From: Phycisphaerales bacterium
GTDB lineage: Bacteria; Planctomycetota; Phycisphaerae; Phycisphaerales; UBA1924
Assembly: GCA_020847175.1 (NCBI GenBank)
Contig: JADLCM010000052.1
Span: 17,014-81,013 of the forward strand
DNA length: 64,000 bases
Direction of reading: 5' to 3'
The translations under genes were made by a program, and so were the position numbers. How positions within the stretch are numbered: the stretch's first letter is position 1; each line of letters opens with the position of its first letter. Shown piece by piece: positions 35,697 through 47,592 of the stretch. The notes beneath the pieces were generated by a model. It was given only the letters and a program-made list of their open reading frames with translations, searched no databases and was not told the origin of the DNA.

Positions 35697-36758
35697 ATGA
35701 AGATTCGAACGCGTTGGAGATTGGGTTTCACGCTCATCGAGTTGCTGGTGGTCATCGCGATCATCGCGCTGCTCATCGGTCTCCTGCTGCCGGCCCTCGG
35801 GCAGGCGCGCAAGGTGACCAAGACGTCGATCTGCGCAAGTAACATGCGCCAGCTCGGCCAGGGCGCGAACTCCTATTCGACGGAGTTTCAGGACAAGATC
35901 TTCGCGTTCACCTGGGACCGTGATCACGGCCACAGCCGGTACGCCGACCTTGAGTCGCAGCGACGCGGCACGGGCACAGCCCCCGCGAGCGCGCAGGCGA
36001 TCGACATCATCCGCCGTCGCTCCGGGCGCGAAGACATCCCGCGAATCGACGGGTGGATTCCGCAGGTGCTGTACACGCACCTGGTGCTTCAGGACTACCT
36101 CGCCAGCCGCCTGCCCGAGAAGCTGGTGGCGTGCACCGAGGACTGGCGCCGGCTTTTCTGGCAGGAGGATGTGGGGCGCAGGTTTGATAACGGCGATTTC
36201 TTGCCTGATCAGCCCAGCCCTGCGGGAGTCGGCAAGCGCTGGCCTTTCTCTGCGTCGTACCAGACGCCGAGCAGCACCTACGACTTCTATGCCAGCCGCA
36301 TCGGCATTCCCGCGGCGCAGCAGCAGCTTCGCATCCAGCAGGCAGGTACGCACAGCTTTTACCTTGTTCCTGGCTCGTCCAAACTGGGCGACCTGCTCTT
36401 CGGCGACATCCAGTTCCCGGCCAACAAGGTGCTCTACCACGACCAGTACGGGCGGCATTTCGGCAAGCAGGAGCTGTTCTTCGGGTACCCCGATGCACGC
36501 CAGCCGCTGCTCACGTTCGACGGCGCCGTGACGGTGCAGTACACCCGGGACACCAACCGCGGCTGGAACCCCATCGCACAGACCAGCCGGGCCGTGTCGC
36601 GGTACTTCTACGACCCGTCCGAATACGAGCCCCCGCTCCGCGACGGGTCACGTCGCGCCGGCGGCGACCTCGTCGATGGCTATTACCGCTGGACGCGCGG
36701 CGGCAACAAGGGCGTTGACTTCGGCCAGCGGGAAATCGACACCGGCCAGATCCGCTGA
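35697..36758 (+). CDS. prepilin-type N-terminal cleavage/methylation domain protein (DUF1559-like), paralogue 3
   Basis: [46 protein letters not shown]... ATG 35697 lies 6 nt after GGGAGGG. About 90% identical to paralogue 2. Confidence 0.85.
   Translation: MKIRTRWRLGFTLIELLVVIAIIALLIGLLLPALGQARKVTKTSICASNMRQLGQGANSYSTEFQDKIFAFTWDRDHGHSRYADLESQRRGTGTAPASAQAIDIIRRRSGREDIPRIDGWIPQVLYTHLVLQDYLASRLPEKLVACTEDWRRLFWQEDVGRRFDNGDFLPDQPSPAGVGKRWPFSASYQTPSSTYDFYASRIGIPAAQQQLRIQQAGTHSFYLVPGSSKLGDLLFGDIQFPANKVLYHDQYGRHFGKQELFFGYPDARQPLLTFDGAVTVQYTRDTNRGWNPIAQTSRAVSRYFYDPSEYEPPLRDGSRRAGGDLVDGYYRWTRGGNKGVDFGQREIDTGQIR
35724..36758. repeat. inverted paralogous repeat, right arm (1035 bp)
   Basis: Partner of 31880-32914 in inverted orientation. 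The 2.8-kb segment between the arms carries the sulfotransferase and exbD genes. Confidence 0.85.
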
Positions 36759-36808
36759 ACTCGCATCCGGTTCCGGAACCTCAGAACTGCACGTCATCTG
36801 AATGACAC

Positions 36809-36840
36809 GGGGGTGGGCTTCGGCCCACCCCCGCTTGTTC
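36809..36840 (+). terminator. rho-independent terminator of prepilin-like gene 3
   Basis: Perfect 10-bp stem GGGGGTGGGC/GCCCACCCCC with a TTCG tetraloop (36809-36832), followed by GCTTGTTCT. Confidence 0.65.
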
Positions 36841-36988
36841 TGGGGCGCATGGTTCGAGAATGTCGCGTTGCGGTGCCATGGCCGCACGCAGGCCATCGCG
36901 AGGTGGTGCAAAGCCCCGGCGGGTTTGCCCGGGTCGGACCGGACCTGGGCCGCATGGCCCCGTGCGCATCCAAGCGCGCTCTCGATGC

Positions 36989-37753
36989 TCACCTGCGGGC
37001 GGGAGGGGGCGAGCCGGCGCCGCCCGCCGGAGGATCGCTCGGGGGCTGACCTCCGGCCGGAGCGTCCCCGGAGGAAGGGGCCGGGCTGCCGCCGGCGTCG
37101 TGTACGGGGCCGTCGGGGCCTGACGTGGGTGACTCGACGACGGGCTTGGGTTCTTCAATGTTCAGGGCCGCCGCGATGCGGAGGGTGAGGTCATCGCCTT
37201 CGGGAGCGACGAGCACGGGCCGCCCGACGAGCGACTGCATCGCCACGGCGGTGTTGGCGAAGGAATCGGTTTCGACGGTGAGCGGCGAAGAGAGCACGTG
37301 CGAGTAGCCGAGCGAGGCCGCCATGTCGTGCGACGCCTTGACGATGCGCTCGTACACCGCCTTCACCTGGTTCGCCTGGAGCTGGTCCATGGCGGACTCG
37401 CTGCTCTGCTGCACATCGCTGTACTGCTGCGCGAGCGCCTGCATCTGCTGGTTGTTGACCTCGATCTGCGGGTCGCCGGCGGGCAGGGAGCCGTTGGCGG
37501 TGTTGAGCGCGGTCCACTGCTGTTCGATCGCGCCGAGCCGGGCGCGAATGGTCTCGCTCAGGGTGTTGCGCTCGGCGATTGACGCCGGTGACTGCATCGA
37601 CCAGCGGAGCAAGCGGATGGTGTCCACGGTCGCGACCCGTTGCTCGACAGCGGGGGCGTCGCCCCCCTGGGCACGCAGGGGCAGGGTGGCCAAGCCGATG
37701 CCCGCGCACATCGCGAGCCCGCAGCACATCATGACCTTTGAGGAAGGACGCAT
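36989..37753 (-). CDS. OmpH/Skp-family periplasmic chaperone-like protein
   Basis: Signal peptide MRPSSKVMMCCGLAMCAGIGLATLPLRAQG and a Gln-rich coiled-coil core, then VYERIVKASHDMAASLGYSHVL (typical OmpH C-terminal block). Has a Pro/Gly-rich tail. ATG 37753 follows AAGGAG. Confidence 0.65.
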   Translation of the reverse strand: MRPSSKVMMCCGLAMCAGIGLATLPLRAQGGDAPAVEQRVATVDTIRLLRWSMQSPASIAERNTLSETIRARLGAIEQQWTALNTANGSLPAGDPQIEVNNQQMQALAQQYSDVQQSSESAMDQLQANQVKAVYERIVKASHDMAASLGYSHVLSSPLTVETDSFANTAVAMQSLVGRPVLVAPEGDDLTLRIAAALNIEEPKPVVESPTSGPDGPVHDAGGSPAPSSGDAPAGGQPPSDPPAGGAGSPPPARR

Positions 37754-37981
37754 CGGAGACTCCTTGACGCGGGACCGAGCCCGCGATGGGACCTGGGCGG
37801 CACCGTTCGCGGGCCGGGCCGAGGCCGGGTTGGGGCGGATCGTATCCGGGGCATTGCCCCCCAACCGCCGCGCGGGCGGCGTCGCTGACTCCGGCAGCCT
37901 CGGGCGACGGCCCGGCCTCGTCACGGGCTCGTCACGGAGCGTGGGCGGGGCCGCCTCCCGCGCGGGGTGCGGATCGGCGGG

Positions 37982-38010
37982 TGGACAATGCGCGAGAGGG
38001 GGCGGATACT
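37982..38010 (+). promoter_or_regulatory. sigma-70-like promoter of tRNA-Thr
   Basis: TGGACA (37982-37987), a 17-nt spacer, then GATACT (38005-38010). The -10 element ends 9 nt before the mature tRNA 5' end. Confidence 0.55.
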
Positions 38011-38019
38011 TGTCCCGAC

Positions 38020-38091
38020 GCCACCTTAGCTCAGCGGTAGAGCGATGCTTTCGTAAAGCATAGGTCCAGGGTTCAAATCCCTGAGGTGGCT
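38020..38091 (+). tRNA. tRNA-Thr (anticodon CGU)
   Basis: Folded by hand. Acceptor GCCACCT/AGGTGGC, D stem GCTC/GAGC, anticodon stem ATGCT/AGCAT with loop TTCGTAA, T stem CAGGG/CCCTG with loop TTCAAAT. 72 nt, CCA not encoded. Confidence 0.9.
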
Positions 38092-38134
38092 TTGCCGGGT
38101 GCCGCAGGCCGAATCACGGTTCTTTCGAGAGCGG

Positions 38135-38959
38135 TCACGCGCGGCCCGCAGCGACGAACTCCTTGCAGCGTGCGAGGTCAACCGGGTTGGCCCAGTGGCC
38201 GCCCTGCTTGATCCACGTGCCCACGATCACGGCGTCGGAGTCGGCGAGCATGGCGCGGACGCTGGCCGCGGTCGCACCCGACCCCACCAGCACCGGGAGC
38301 TTCGAGGCCTGCTTGGCCTCGCGCAGGTGTTCGGGGGTGGGGGGGCGGCCGGTGAACTTGCCGGTGACGATCACGCCGTCGGCCTTGAAGAACTCCGCCG
38401 CGTGCGCCCAGTCGGCGAGCGAGAGGTCGGCGGTCATGGCGTGGGCGGCGTGCTTCTTGTCGATGTCGGCGAAGATTCGGACGCGGTCGGCGCCGATCTC
38501 ACGCCGGTAGCGGAGCAGCGTGCCGGCCTCGCCTTCAGGCAGGATGCCCTCTTCGGCGATGTGGCTGAAGACGAAGTTCTCGACGCGGATGTACGCGGCG
38601 CCGCAGGTCTGGGCCACGGCGAGCGCGTGTCGGGCCCCGCCGGAAAGTATCTGGACGCCGACGGGGATTCGTACGGCCCGGGTGACCTCCCAGACGACGG
38701 CGCTCATGGCGCTGACGACCTCGGGGCCCAGGTGCTTGCCGTGCACATACGGCAGATCGTGCATGTTCTCGACGAGCACGCTGTCAAAGCCCGCCTGTTC
38801 GAGCGTGCGGGCCTCGTCCGCGGCGGCGCGTGCGAGCTCGCGCACGGGCAGCGTGCTCGCCGGCGAGCCGGGCAGGGCGCCGACGTGCACCATGCCGATG
38901 AGCGCCTTATCGCGTCCGAGGCAGGAGGCAATGGAGGCCGGCGTGGGGGCTGTGGTCAT
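38135..38959 (-). CDS. BtpA/SgcQ-family TIM-barrel protein
   Basis: Contains LIGMVHVGALPGSP, GFDSVLVENMHDLPY, IPVGVQIL, YIRVENF and PVLVGSGAT, as in the BtpA family (TIGR00259-like). Confidence 0.75.
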   Translation of the reverse strand: MTTAPTPASIASCLGRDKALIGMVHVGALPGSPASTLPVRELARAAADEARTLEQAGFDSVLVENMHDLPYVHGKHLGPEVVSAMSAVVWEVTRAVRIPVGVQILSGGARHALAVAQTCGAAYIRVENFVFSHIAEEGILPEGEAGTLLRYRREIGADRVRIFADIDKKHAAHAMTADLSLADWAHAAEFFKADGVIVTGKFTGRPPTPEHLREAKQASKLPVLVGSGATAASVRAMLADSDAVIVGTWIKQGGHWANPVDLARCKEFVAAGRA

Positions 38960-39063
38960 GCGGCGAGGGTAGGTATGACACGAGCCGCGGAGGCGCGCGC
39001 GGAGCGCAGACTCCCGCCCGCCCCCTGCCCTTTCGCGGCGCGATGTCCGAGGCGATGCAGGGC

Positions 39064-39930
39064 CTACCGGCGTCTGCCGGGCAGGTTGCGCAGCGCGATG
39101 AGTTCGAGTTCCATGGTCAGTTTCACATTCTGCGGACGCGCGGTCGGGAGCTGGGAGGGCGTGATGTTCATCTCCTTGGGCACCACGAGCCGGCGCGTGC
39201 CGCCGACTTTCATGCCCGTCACACCGGCATCGATCGCGGCCATCTCGCCCGGGATCCAGACATACGGGGCGTCGTCACCGGGTACGTCGATGGGCTTGCC
39301 GGTTTCGTCGAAGTACGACGTGCGTGCGACGGCGACGAACTGGCCCGTCGCCGCCTCACCTTCGCCGACGGTGAGGTCCTCGATCTGGAGGGCATCGACG
39401 ACCTCGATGACGAAGACCAGGTCGGTGTTCGGAGGGATGTCTTCGCCCGCGCCGCGTTCGCCGTAGCCGAGCGCGGCGGGGATGGTGAGCCGGCGGACTC
39501 CGCCGACGCGCATGCCGGGCACACCCTGCTGCCAACCGGGGATGACGCCGGTGAGGGGGAAGGCGGCGGGCTCGCCGCGATCGAAGGCGGAATCAAAGAC
39601 GAAGCCGTCGTTCTTGCGGGTGCCGTGGTAATACGCGACGACCGCACCGCCGGGCTTGATCTCATATCCATCACCGATGACGAGGTCTTCGATGAGGAGG
39701 CCGCCCTCAAGTTCCTCGGTGTGAACGGCGGGGCCATCCGGCACCGCGCGGGGCGGCGGACCCTGGGGCTCCGGAGCGGGCGTGCCGGGCTGCGCCGTTC
39801 CCGCCGGAGCGCCTCCGCCGGGCTGCCCGCCCGCGGCGGGCCCGCCCGGTTGCGCGGCGATGGCGAGCGTGGTCAGGCCGGCGGCGCTGATCAGGGCGAA
39901 CACACCGACGAAACGAAAAGCTGATCGCAT
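39064..39930 (-). CDS. secreted FKBP-type peptidyl-prolyl cis-trans isomerase (two FKBP-like domains)
   Basis: Signal peptide MRSAFRFVGVFALISAAGLTTLAIA. First domain: VVAYYHGTRKNDGFVFDSAF.., GVIPGWQQGVPGMRVGGVRRLTIPAALGYG. Second domain is more divergent: MKVGGTRRLVVP. ATG at 39930. Confidence 0.85.
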   Translation of the reverse strand: MRSAFRFVGVFALISAAGLTTLAIAAQPGGPAAGGQPGGGAPAGTAQPGTPAPEPQGPPPRAVPDGPAVHTEELEGGLLIEDLVIGDGYEIKPGGAVVAYYHGTRKNDGFVFDSAFDRGEPAAFPLTGVIPGWQQGVPGMRVGGVRRLTIPAALGYGERGAGEDIPPNTDLVFVIEVVDALQIEDLTVGEGEAATGQFVAVARTSYFDETGKPIDVPGDDAPYVWIPGEMAAIDAGVTGMKVGGTRRLVVPKEMNITPSQLPTARPQNVKLTMELELIALRNLPGRRR

Positions 39931-40037
39931 GGCGAGTTCCTTGTGTCGAGACGGGTGCTGCGCGGCAAGGATAGCCGCGCAACGGCCTGCGCAGAGACGA
40001 GGCCGTGCCCCGGCGCAGGCCGACGTACGCTTCAAAC

Positions 40038-40688
40038 ATGGAGACGTTTGTTGAGACGTTCCGTCGCGAAAGAGCATCGGCGATCGTGCGGACGCGCACG
40101 ACCGACGATGCGCGGCGTGCCATGCAGGCCGCGGTGCGGGGCGGGTTTCGGGTCTGCGAGTTCACGCTGACGGTGCCGGGGGCGCTGGAGCTGGTCACGG
40201 AGTTCTGCCGCGATGCCTCGCTCACCGTCGGCGCGGGCACGGTGCTCACACCCGCGGACGCCCGGGCCGCGGTGCGGGCCGGGGCGAAGTTTCTCGTCTC
40301 GCCGATCATGGATGAGTCGGTCATTGCGGAGTCACGGTCTCTGGGCGTGCCCATGATGCCCGGGTGCGCGACGCCGGGAGAGATGTACCGGGCCCACCTT
40401 GCGGGCGCGGCGCTTCAGAAGCTCTTTCCCGGCGTGCCGGGTTCGGGGGCGGGCGGACCAATGGACCCGGGGCCGGCGTGGATCGCGCAGACGCTTGCGC
40501 CGCTGCCGATGCTGCGGATCGTGCCCACGGCGAATGCGACGCCCGCAAACGCGGCGGCGCTGCTCAAGGCGGGCGCGTGGGCCGTGGGGTTCGTGGCCTC
40601 GGTCTTTGACGCCGGCGACATCGCCCGGGGCGACTTCGAGGCGATCGAGCGTCGCGCGCGTGCCGCGCTGGAGGCCGTGCGGGTGTAG
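40038..40688 (+). CDS. eda: KDPG / KHG aldolase family protein
   Basis: Contains ASAIVRTRT, GGFRVCEFTLTVPGALE, GAGTVLT, GAKFLVSP, PMMPGCATPGE and QKLFPG. ATG at 40038. Confidence 0.8.
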   Translation: METFVETFRRERASAIVRTRTTDDARRAMQAAVRGGFRVCEFTLTVPGALELVTEFCRDASLTVGAGTVLTPADARAAVRAGAKFLVSPIMDESVIAESRSLGVPMMPGCATPGEMYRAHLAGAALQKLFPGVPGSGAGGPMDPGPAWIAQTLAPLPMLRIVPTANATPANAAALLKAGAWAVGFVASVFDAGDIARGDFEAIERRARAALEAVRV

Positions 40689-40718
40689 CGGGTCGGACCG
40701 CAGGCGGGAAGACATGCC

Positions 40719-41756
40719 ATGATCGACCTTCACACGCACATCCTGCCTCGTACCTGGCCGGATTGGACAAGGCGCAGCGGTTATCCGGGGTGGATCGCGC
40801 TGGAGCACCTCGGCCCGGGATGTGCCCGGATGTGCCGGAGCGAACCCGGGGGAGGGGTCACGACCTTCCGTGAGATCGAGGCCAACTGCTGGGATCCGCT
40901 GGTCCGGCTGAGCGAGATGGACGCCTCGGGCGTGCGCACCCAGGTGCTTTCGACCGTTCCGGTGATGTTCAGCCACTGGGCGAAGGGCCCGGATGCCTTC
41001 GATCTGCACCGGCTGCTCAATGACCACATCGCCGAGGTCTGCCGGGCGCATCCCGGGCGTTTTGAGGGGCTGGGCGTGCTGCCCATGCAGGACGCGGACC
41101 TCGCGCAGCGTGAACTTGAGCGCTGCATGGGTGAACTCGGTCTGCGGGGGGTGCAGATCGGCACCAACATCGCCGGCGCCAACCTTCACGAGCCCTTCGT
41201 CGTCGAGACGCTCGCGCGGGCTGAATCGCTCGGGGCATCGGTCTTTGTCCATCCGTGGGACATGCCGGGGCAAGATCAGATGAAGCCGTTCTGGATGCCC
41301 TGGCTGGTCGGCATGCCGGCAGAAAGCTCCCGGGCGCTCTGCTCGCTCATCATGGGGGGCGTGCTCGATGCGCTGCCGCGCCTGCGGGTGTGCGTGGCCC
41401 ACGGGGGCGGGTCGTTTCCGTTCACGATCGGTCGGATCGCGCACGGGCACGCCTGCCGGCCCGATCTGTGCGCCACGCACAACGCGCGTTCGCCCCTGGA
41501 CTACATCGCGGGCCCGGGCCGGAAGGCCCGGTTCTTCGTCGATTCGCTCGTACATGATGCGGCGGCGCTCGAGTTCCTGATTCGGCAGATGGGGCCAGCG
41601 CGTGTCGCGCTCGGCAGCGATTACCCGTTTCCGCTCGGGGAGGATGTGCCGGGGAGGCTCATCCGCTCGATGCCCGACCTGGAGGGGTCGGTCCGAGCGA
41701 GGCTCCTGGAAGGCACCGCACGCGAGTTTCTGGGGCTTGCGGCGCCCGGGCGGTGA
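40719..41756 (+). CDS. amidohydrolase-2 family, 2-amino-3-carboxymuconate-6-semialdehyde decarboxylase (ACMSD)-like
   Basis: Contains [16 protein letters not shown]...[13 protein letters not shown]...[52 protein letters not shown] and [10 protein letters not shown]. It aligns end to end with animal/bacterial ACMSD as I recall it. Confidence 0.75.
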   Translation: MIDLHTHILPRTWPDWTRRSGYPGWIALEHLGPGCARMCRSEPGGGVTTFREIEANCWDPLVRLSEMDASGVRTQVLSTVPVMFSHWAKGPDAFDLHRLLNDHIAEVCRAHPGRFEGLGVLPMQDADLAQRELERCMGELGLRGVQIGTNIAGANLHEPFVVETLARAESLGASVFVHPWDMPGQDQMKPFWMPWLVGMPAESSRALCSLIMGGVLDALPRLRVCVAHGGGSFPFTIGRIAHGHACRPDLCATHNARSPLDYIAGPGRKARFFVDSLVHDAAALEFLIRQMGPARVALGSDYPFPLGEDVPGRLIRSMPDLEGSVRARLLEGTAREFLGLAAPGR

Positions 41757-41813
41757 TCCACGCGTGCAAGGTGGAGCGGCCCCCGGTCGATACACTGCCT
41801 ACGGAGGTCACGC

Positions 41814-42779
41814 ATGGTCAGGCCAGGAACATGCTGGGCGAGTGCGGCGGCGCTCCTCATCGCCTTCGGATGCGCCGGCGGAGCCCGGGTGGGGCGGATG
41901 GCGCTGCCCCCGGACGAGCCCGGGGCTGCACTGAACGCGCCGCGCCGCCTGCTCTTCGAGAAGCCCCTGGATCAACCATTCGAGGGGTATGTGAACGGGC
42001 GCGGGCCGTACCGGCTGGGGTTCGACACGGGTCAGAGCCTGCCCCTGCTGGTCACCCCCGAGTTCGCCCGCGAGCACGAACTGCCGACGATTCAGCGTAC
42101 GACGGCGGGCGACGGCAGCGACCGCAATGCGCTGCGCGTGGACGTGGCTCGATCCCGGCGGTTTGAGGTCGGCGGGATGATGTTTCGTGATGTGCCGACG
42201 CTGGTGATGGATCACAACGGAGGAGCCGGGCCCGAGCCCACGGTGGGCACGGTCGGCTTCCCTCTCTTTGCCGGGCGGCTGCTGACGCTCGACTATCCGG
42301 CGAACATGCTGCGGGTGGAGACGGGATCGCTGCCCAAGGCGGACGGGCGCGCGGTGGTGGACTACGACGCCCCGCAGGGCCTGCCGGTGATCACGATCTA
42401 CGTGCAGGGCGTCGCGGTGCGTGCGCTGATTGACAGCGGGTCCGATGCGGGGCTCGTGTTGCCTGCGGAGTTGGCCTCGACGCTGCCCCTTGCATCCCCG
42501 CCCGAGCCGGCGGGGCGGCTGGCGACCCTGTTCAACGTCATCGAGCTTCGCAAAGCCCCGCTTCTGGGAAGCGTGTGGATCGGGGATGTGGAGTTTCGCG
42601 ACCCGGTGCTGACGTTTGCCGACCACTTCGAGGAGGCAAACCTCGGGCGGGGCTACTTGAAGTCGATGCGGATCACATTCGACCACGCGAACAGGCGGGC
42701 GCACTTTGAGAAGCCGGAGCCCCCCGCCGAGCCCGATGCGCACGACAACGCGGCTGAGGCTGAACTGCCGCGGCAATAG
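41814..42779 (+). CDS. secreted bilobed retropepsin-like aspartic protease
   Basis: N-terminal signal/lipobox-like LLIAFGC. Two aspartyl-protease cores are present, LGFDTGQSLPLLV and ALIDSGSDAGLVL. ATG 41814 follows GGAGG. Confidence 0.65.
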   Translation: MVRPGTCWASAAALLIAFGCAGGARVGRMALPPDEPGAALNAPRRLLFEKPLDQPFEGYVNGRGPYRLGFDTGQSLPLLVTPEFAREHELPTIQRTTAGDGSDRNALRVDVARSRRFEVGGMMFRDVPTLVMDHNGGAGPEPTVGTVGFPLFAGRLLTLDYPANMLRVETGSLPKADGRAVVDYDAPQGLPVITIYVQGVAVRALIDSGSDAGLVLPAELASTLPLASPPEPAGRLATLFNVIELRKAPLLGSVWIGDVEFRDPVLTFADHFEEANLGRGYLKSMRITFDHANRRAHFEKPEPPAEPDAHDNAAEAELPRQ

Positions 42780-42841
42780 CCGTGCCCCTGGGCCCGTTGA
42801 ACGCAAGCGAGCGGAGTTCCGTGCCGCGCGGCACGCCGGTT

Positions 42842-42878
42842 CAAAAAAGAACGACCCCCGGGGGGGAGATCCCGGGGG
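42842..42878 (-). terminator. rho-independent terminator of PEP-CTERM gene 2
   Basis: 8-bp G/C stem CCCCCGGG/CCCGGGGG (42855-42862 / 42871-42878) with an 8-nt loop. On the minus strand it is followed by TCGTTCTTTTTTG. Confidence 0.65.
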
Positions 42879-42912
42879 CCGCGTTCACGCATGAAGCACG
42901 ATCAGCACACGC

Positions 42913-43614
42913 TTACGCACGACGACGACGGGCCGCGAGCAGGCCGCCGGCACCCAGGAGGGCGAGGCTGCCCGGGGCGGGCGTGATGGTCACGCCGGCG
43001 TCCACGGTGGGAACGGACACGGTCGCGCCCGAGCCGTCCGTGTTGGAACGGTAGAGGCGAGACGCGCCGCGAACGACCAGGTCAAGGGTGTCCACGCCGC
43101 CGTCGTAGGTGTAATCGAAGGCGAAGAAGGCCTCGCCGCTGCCGATGGGGAAGAGCGCGATAAGGGGGTTGAAGGTGGGGGGGAAGGTGGCGAGGTCGAT
43201 GCCGCCCTGGGCCGCGTCCGACATCACCCAGCTGTCCCCGTCGATGGTGTGCCCGGTGATGACCGAGGCGCCGACCGCGCCGTTGGGCTTGTCGCTGGTC
43301 GCCTGGCGCATGTGGGGGTGACGCCCGCGGACGGGGGCGACGAGGTCGAAGGCGCCGGTCGCGTCCTCAACCACGGTGGCGGCGGCCACGGTGCTGCCCT
43401 CGACCGCGATATCGAACTTGGCAAGGCCGAGGCTCATGCCGTTGTGCACCGAGGAGACCTCGATGCGGAACACGTCGCCCACGGCCGCGTTCGTGGTGCC
43501 GCGGAGCGAATCCGTCATGTTGATGGCCGTGAGGCTGTAGGCCACGGCGTTCGCCTGGCCGAAAGCCGACGCGGCAACGCCACCGATCGCAACGATGAAA
43601 GCAGTCTTGATCAC
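42913..43614 (-). CDS. secreted protein with C-terminal PEP-CTERM-type sorting signal
   Basis: C-terminus is TPAPGSLALLGAGGLLAARRRRA. Start set at GTG 43614, 6 nt after AGGAGAAG, giving signal peptide (M)IKTAFIVAIGGVAASAFGQA. ATG 43656 is an alternative. Confidence 0.7.
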   Translation of the reverse strand: MIKTAFIVAIGGVAASAFGQANAVAYSLTAINMTDSLRGTTNAAVGDVFRIEVSSVHNGMSLGLAKFDIAVEGSTVAAATVVEDATGAFDLVAPVRGRHPHMRQATSDKPNGAVGASVITGHTIDGDSWVMSDAAQGGIDLATFPPTFNPLIALFPIGSGEAFFAFDYTYDGGVDTLDLVVRGASRLYRSNTDGSGATVSVPTVDAGVTITPAPGSLALLGAGGLLAARRRRA

Positions 43615-43806
43615 GTCTCTTCTCCTGAACGATTGTGCGTGTGCGACGGAGCACATCCCGCCGCGGGGGATCGACTGAGTCGAATATGCCCCGGTCTTCG
43701 CGTGAAGCCAGCAGGAATGTCCGTGCGCTCGGTTATGGGGCCGGAATAACCCGACTTTGGCGTTGCGATTCTCCGCGGCCGGTGCGCTGCCCGCGCCCGG
43801 CCGCGC

Positions 43807-44468
43807 TCAGCGCCCGCCGGCCGCGCGGACAAGCGAGCGGAAGCAATCCAACCCGAGGCGTTCGTCGGCGGTGCGCTCGGGGTGCCACTGCACGCCCACG
43901 TAGTGGGCGCGGCCCGCATCGCACACGCCTTCGATCACGCCGTCCGGCGCGCGGGCGATAACCTGGAGCGATCCGGGGTCGAGCAGGCGCTGCCGGTGCG
44001 AACTGGCGGCCTCGCCCGCCGATTCGCCGCCGATCAGCACGGCATGGGGGCGCTTCCAGTGCGCATCGGCGGCGTCGCCCAGCGTTTCCGTCATGCACTG
44101 GTCCAGCGTTCCTCCCGCCACGAGCCCCATCATCTGCATGCCCAGGCAGATGCCCAGCACCGGGCGATCCGGGGCCTGCGTGGAGAGCGCCCTGAGCAAG
44201 GCGGTCTCATATGCCTGGCGCTCGGGGTGCACGGGCGTGGCGCGCGGGTGTGTCGGAGCGCCGAAAGGCTCGGTGCGCGGGTCGTCACCCCCGGTCAGGA
44301 CAAACGCCGCGCACGCCAGGAGGTGTCCCGGCAGCGCCTCAAGCACCGGCGGGAGAAGCACCGGGGCGCCGCCCGCACGACAGACAGCCCGCGCGTACGC
44401 GAGCGCGGCCTGCGCTCGCACCGGCTCACGCGCGGCATCGAGATCGCACGTGATGCCGACCAGGGGGG

Positions 44469-44472
<4 letters not shown>
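43807..44472 (-). CDS. class I glutamine amidotransferase, peptidase C26 (gamma-glutamyl hydrolase / PuuD-like)
   Basis: Contains GICLGMQMM (Cys nucleophile) and VGVQWHPE (His). GTG 44472 overlaps the gcvP stop (GTGA). Confidence 0.75.
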
Positions 44473-47369
<2,897 letters not shown>

Positions 47370-47592
47370 AAATGTCCAGCTTTGGCAGAAATCGGGGGGT
47401 GTGAACTGGCCGACGCGCATCGCGCCGGGCGGTTCGCGGCAACTGTAGCGGGCGCGTTCCGGTATGTCCGATGCGCAGACGTTTGGAGCGGACGACCCCT
47501 CCCCGGTACAGTGAACCCCCGCCGGCCCGCCTGCCGGCCGAATCACCGGGCGCGACCCCTGTCCGGCCCGCTGGTCACAAGGAAGCCCCACC

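Noticed and set aside
38020-38091. tRNA-Thr as the boundary of an integrated genomic island
   Set aside because: No integrase, no partial tRNA direct repeat seen nearby, no compositional break by eye, and the flanking genes (skp-like, btpA, fkbp) are ordinary.
47370-47592. Glycine riboswitch upstream of gcvP
   Set aside because: I read the minus-strand leader and could not find the conserved aptamer cores (GGAGAG..., ACCGAAGGGGCAA, CUCAGGC..AAGGAC). The only loose resemblance is TCTGCCAAAGCTGGAC near the start codon. This is not supportable without a covariance-model scan.
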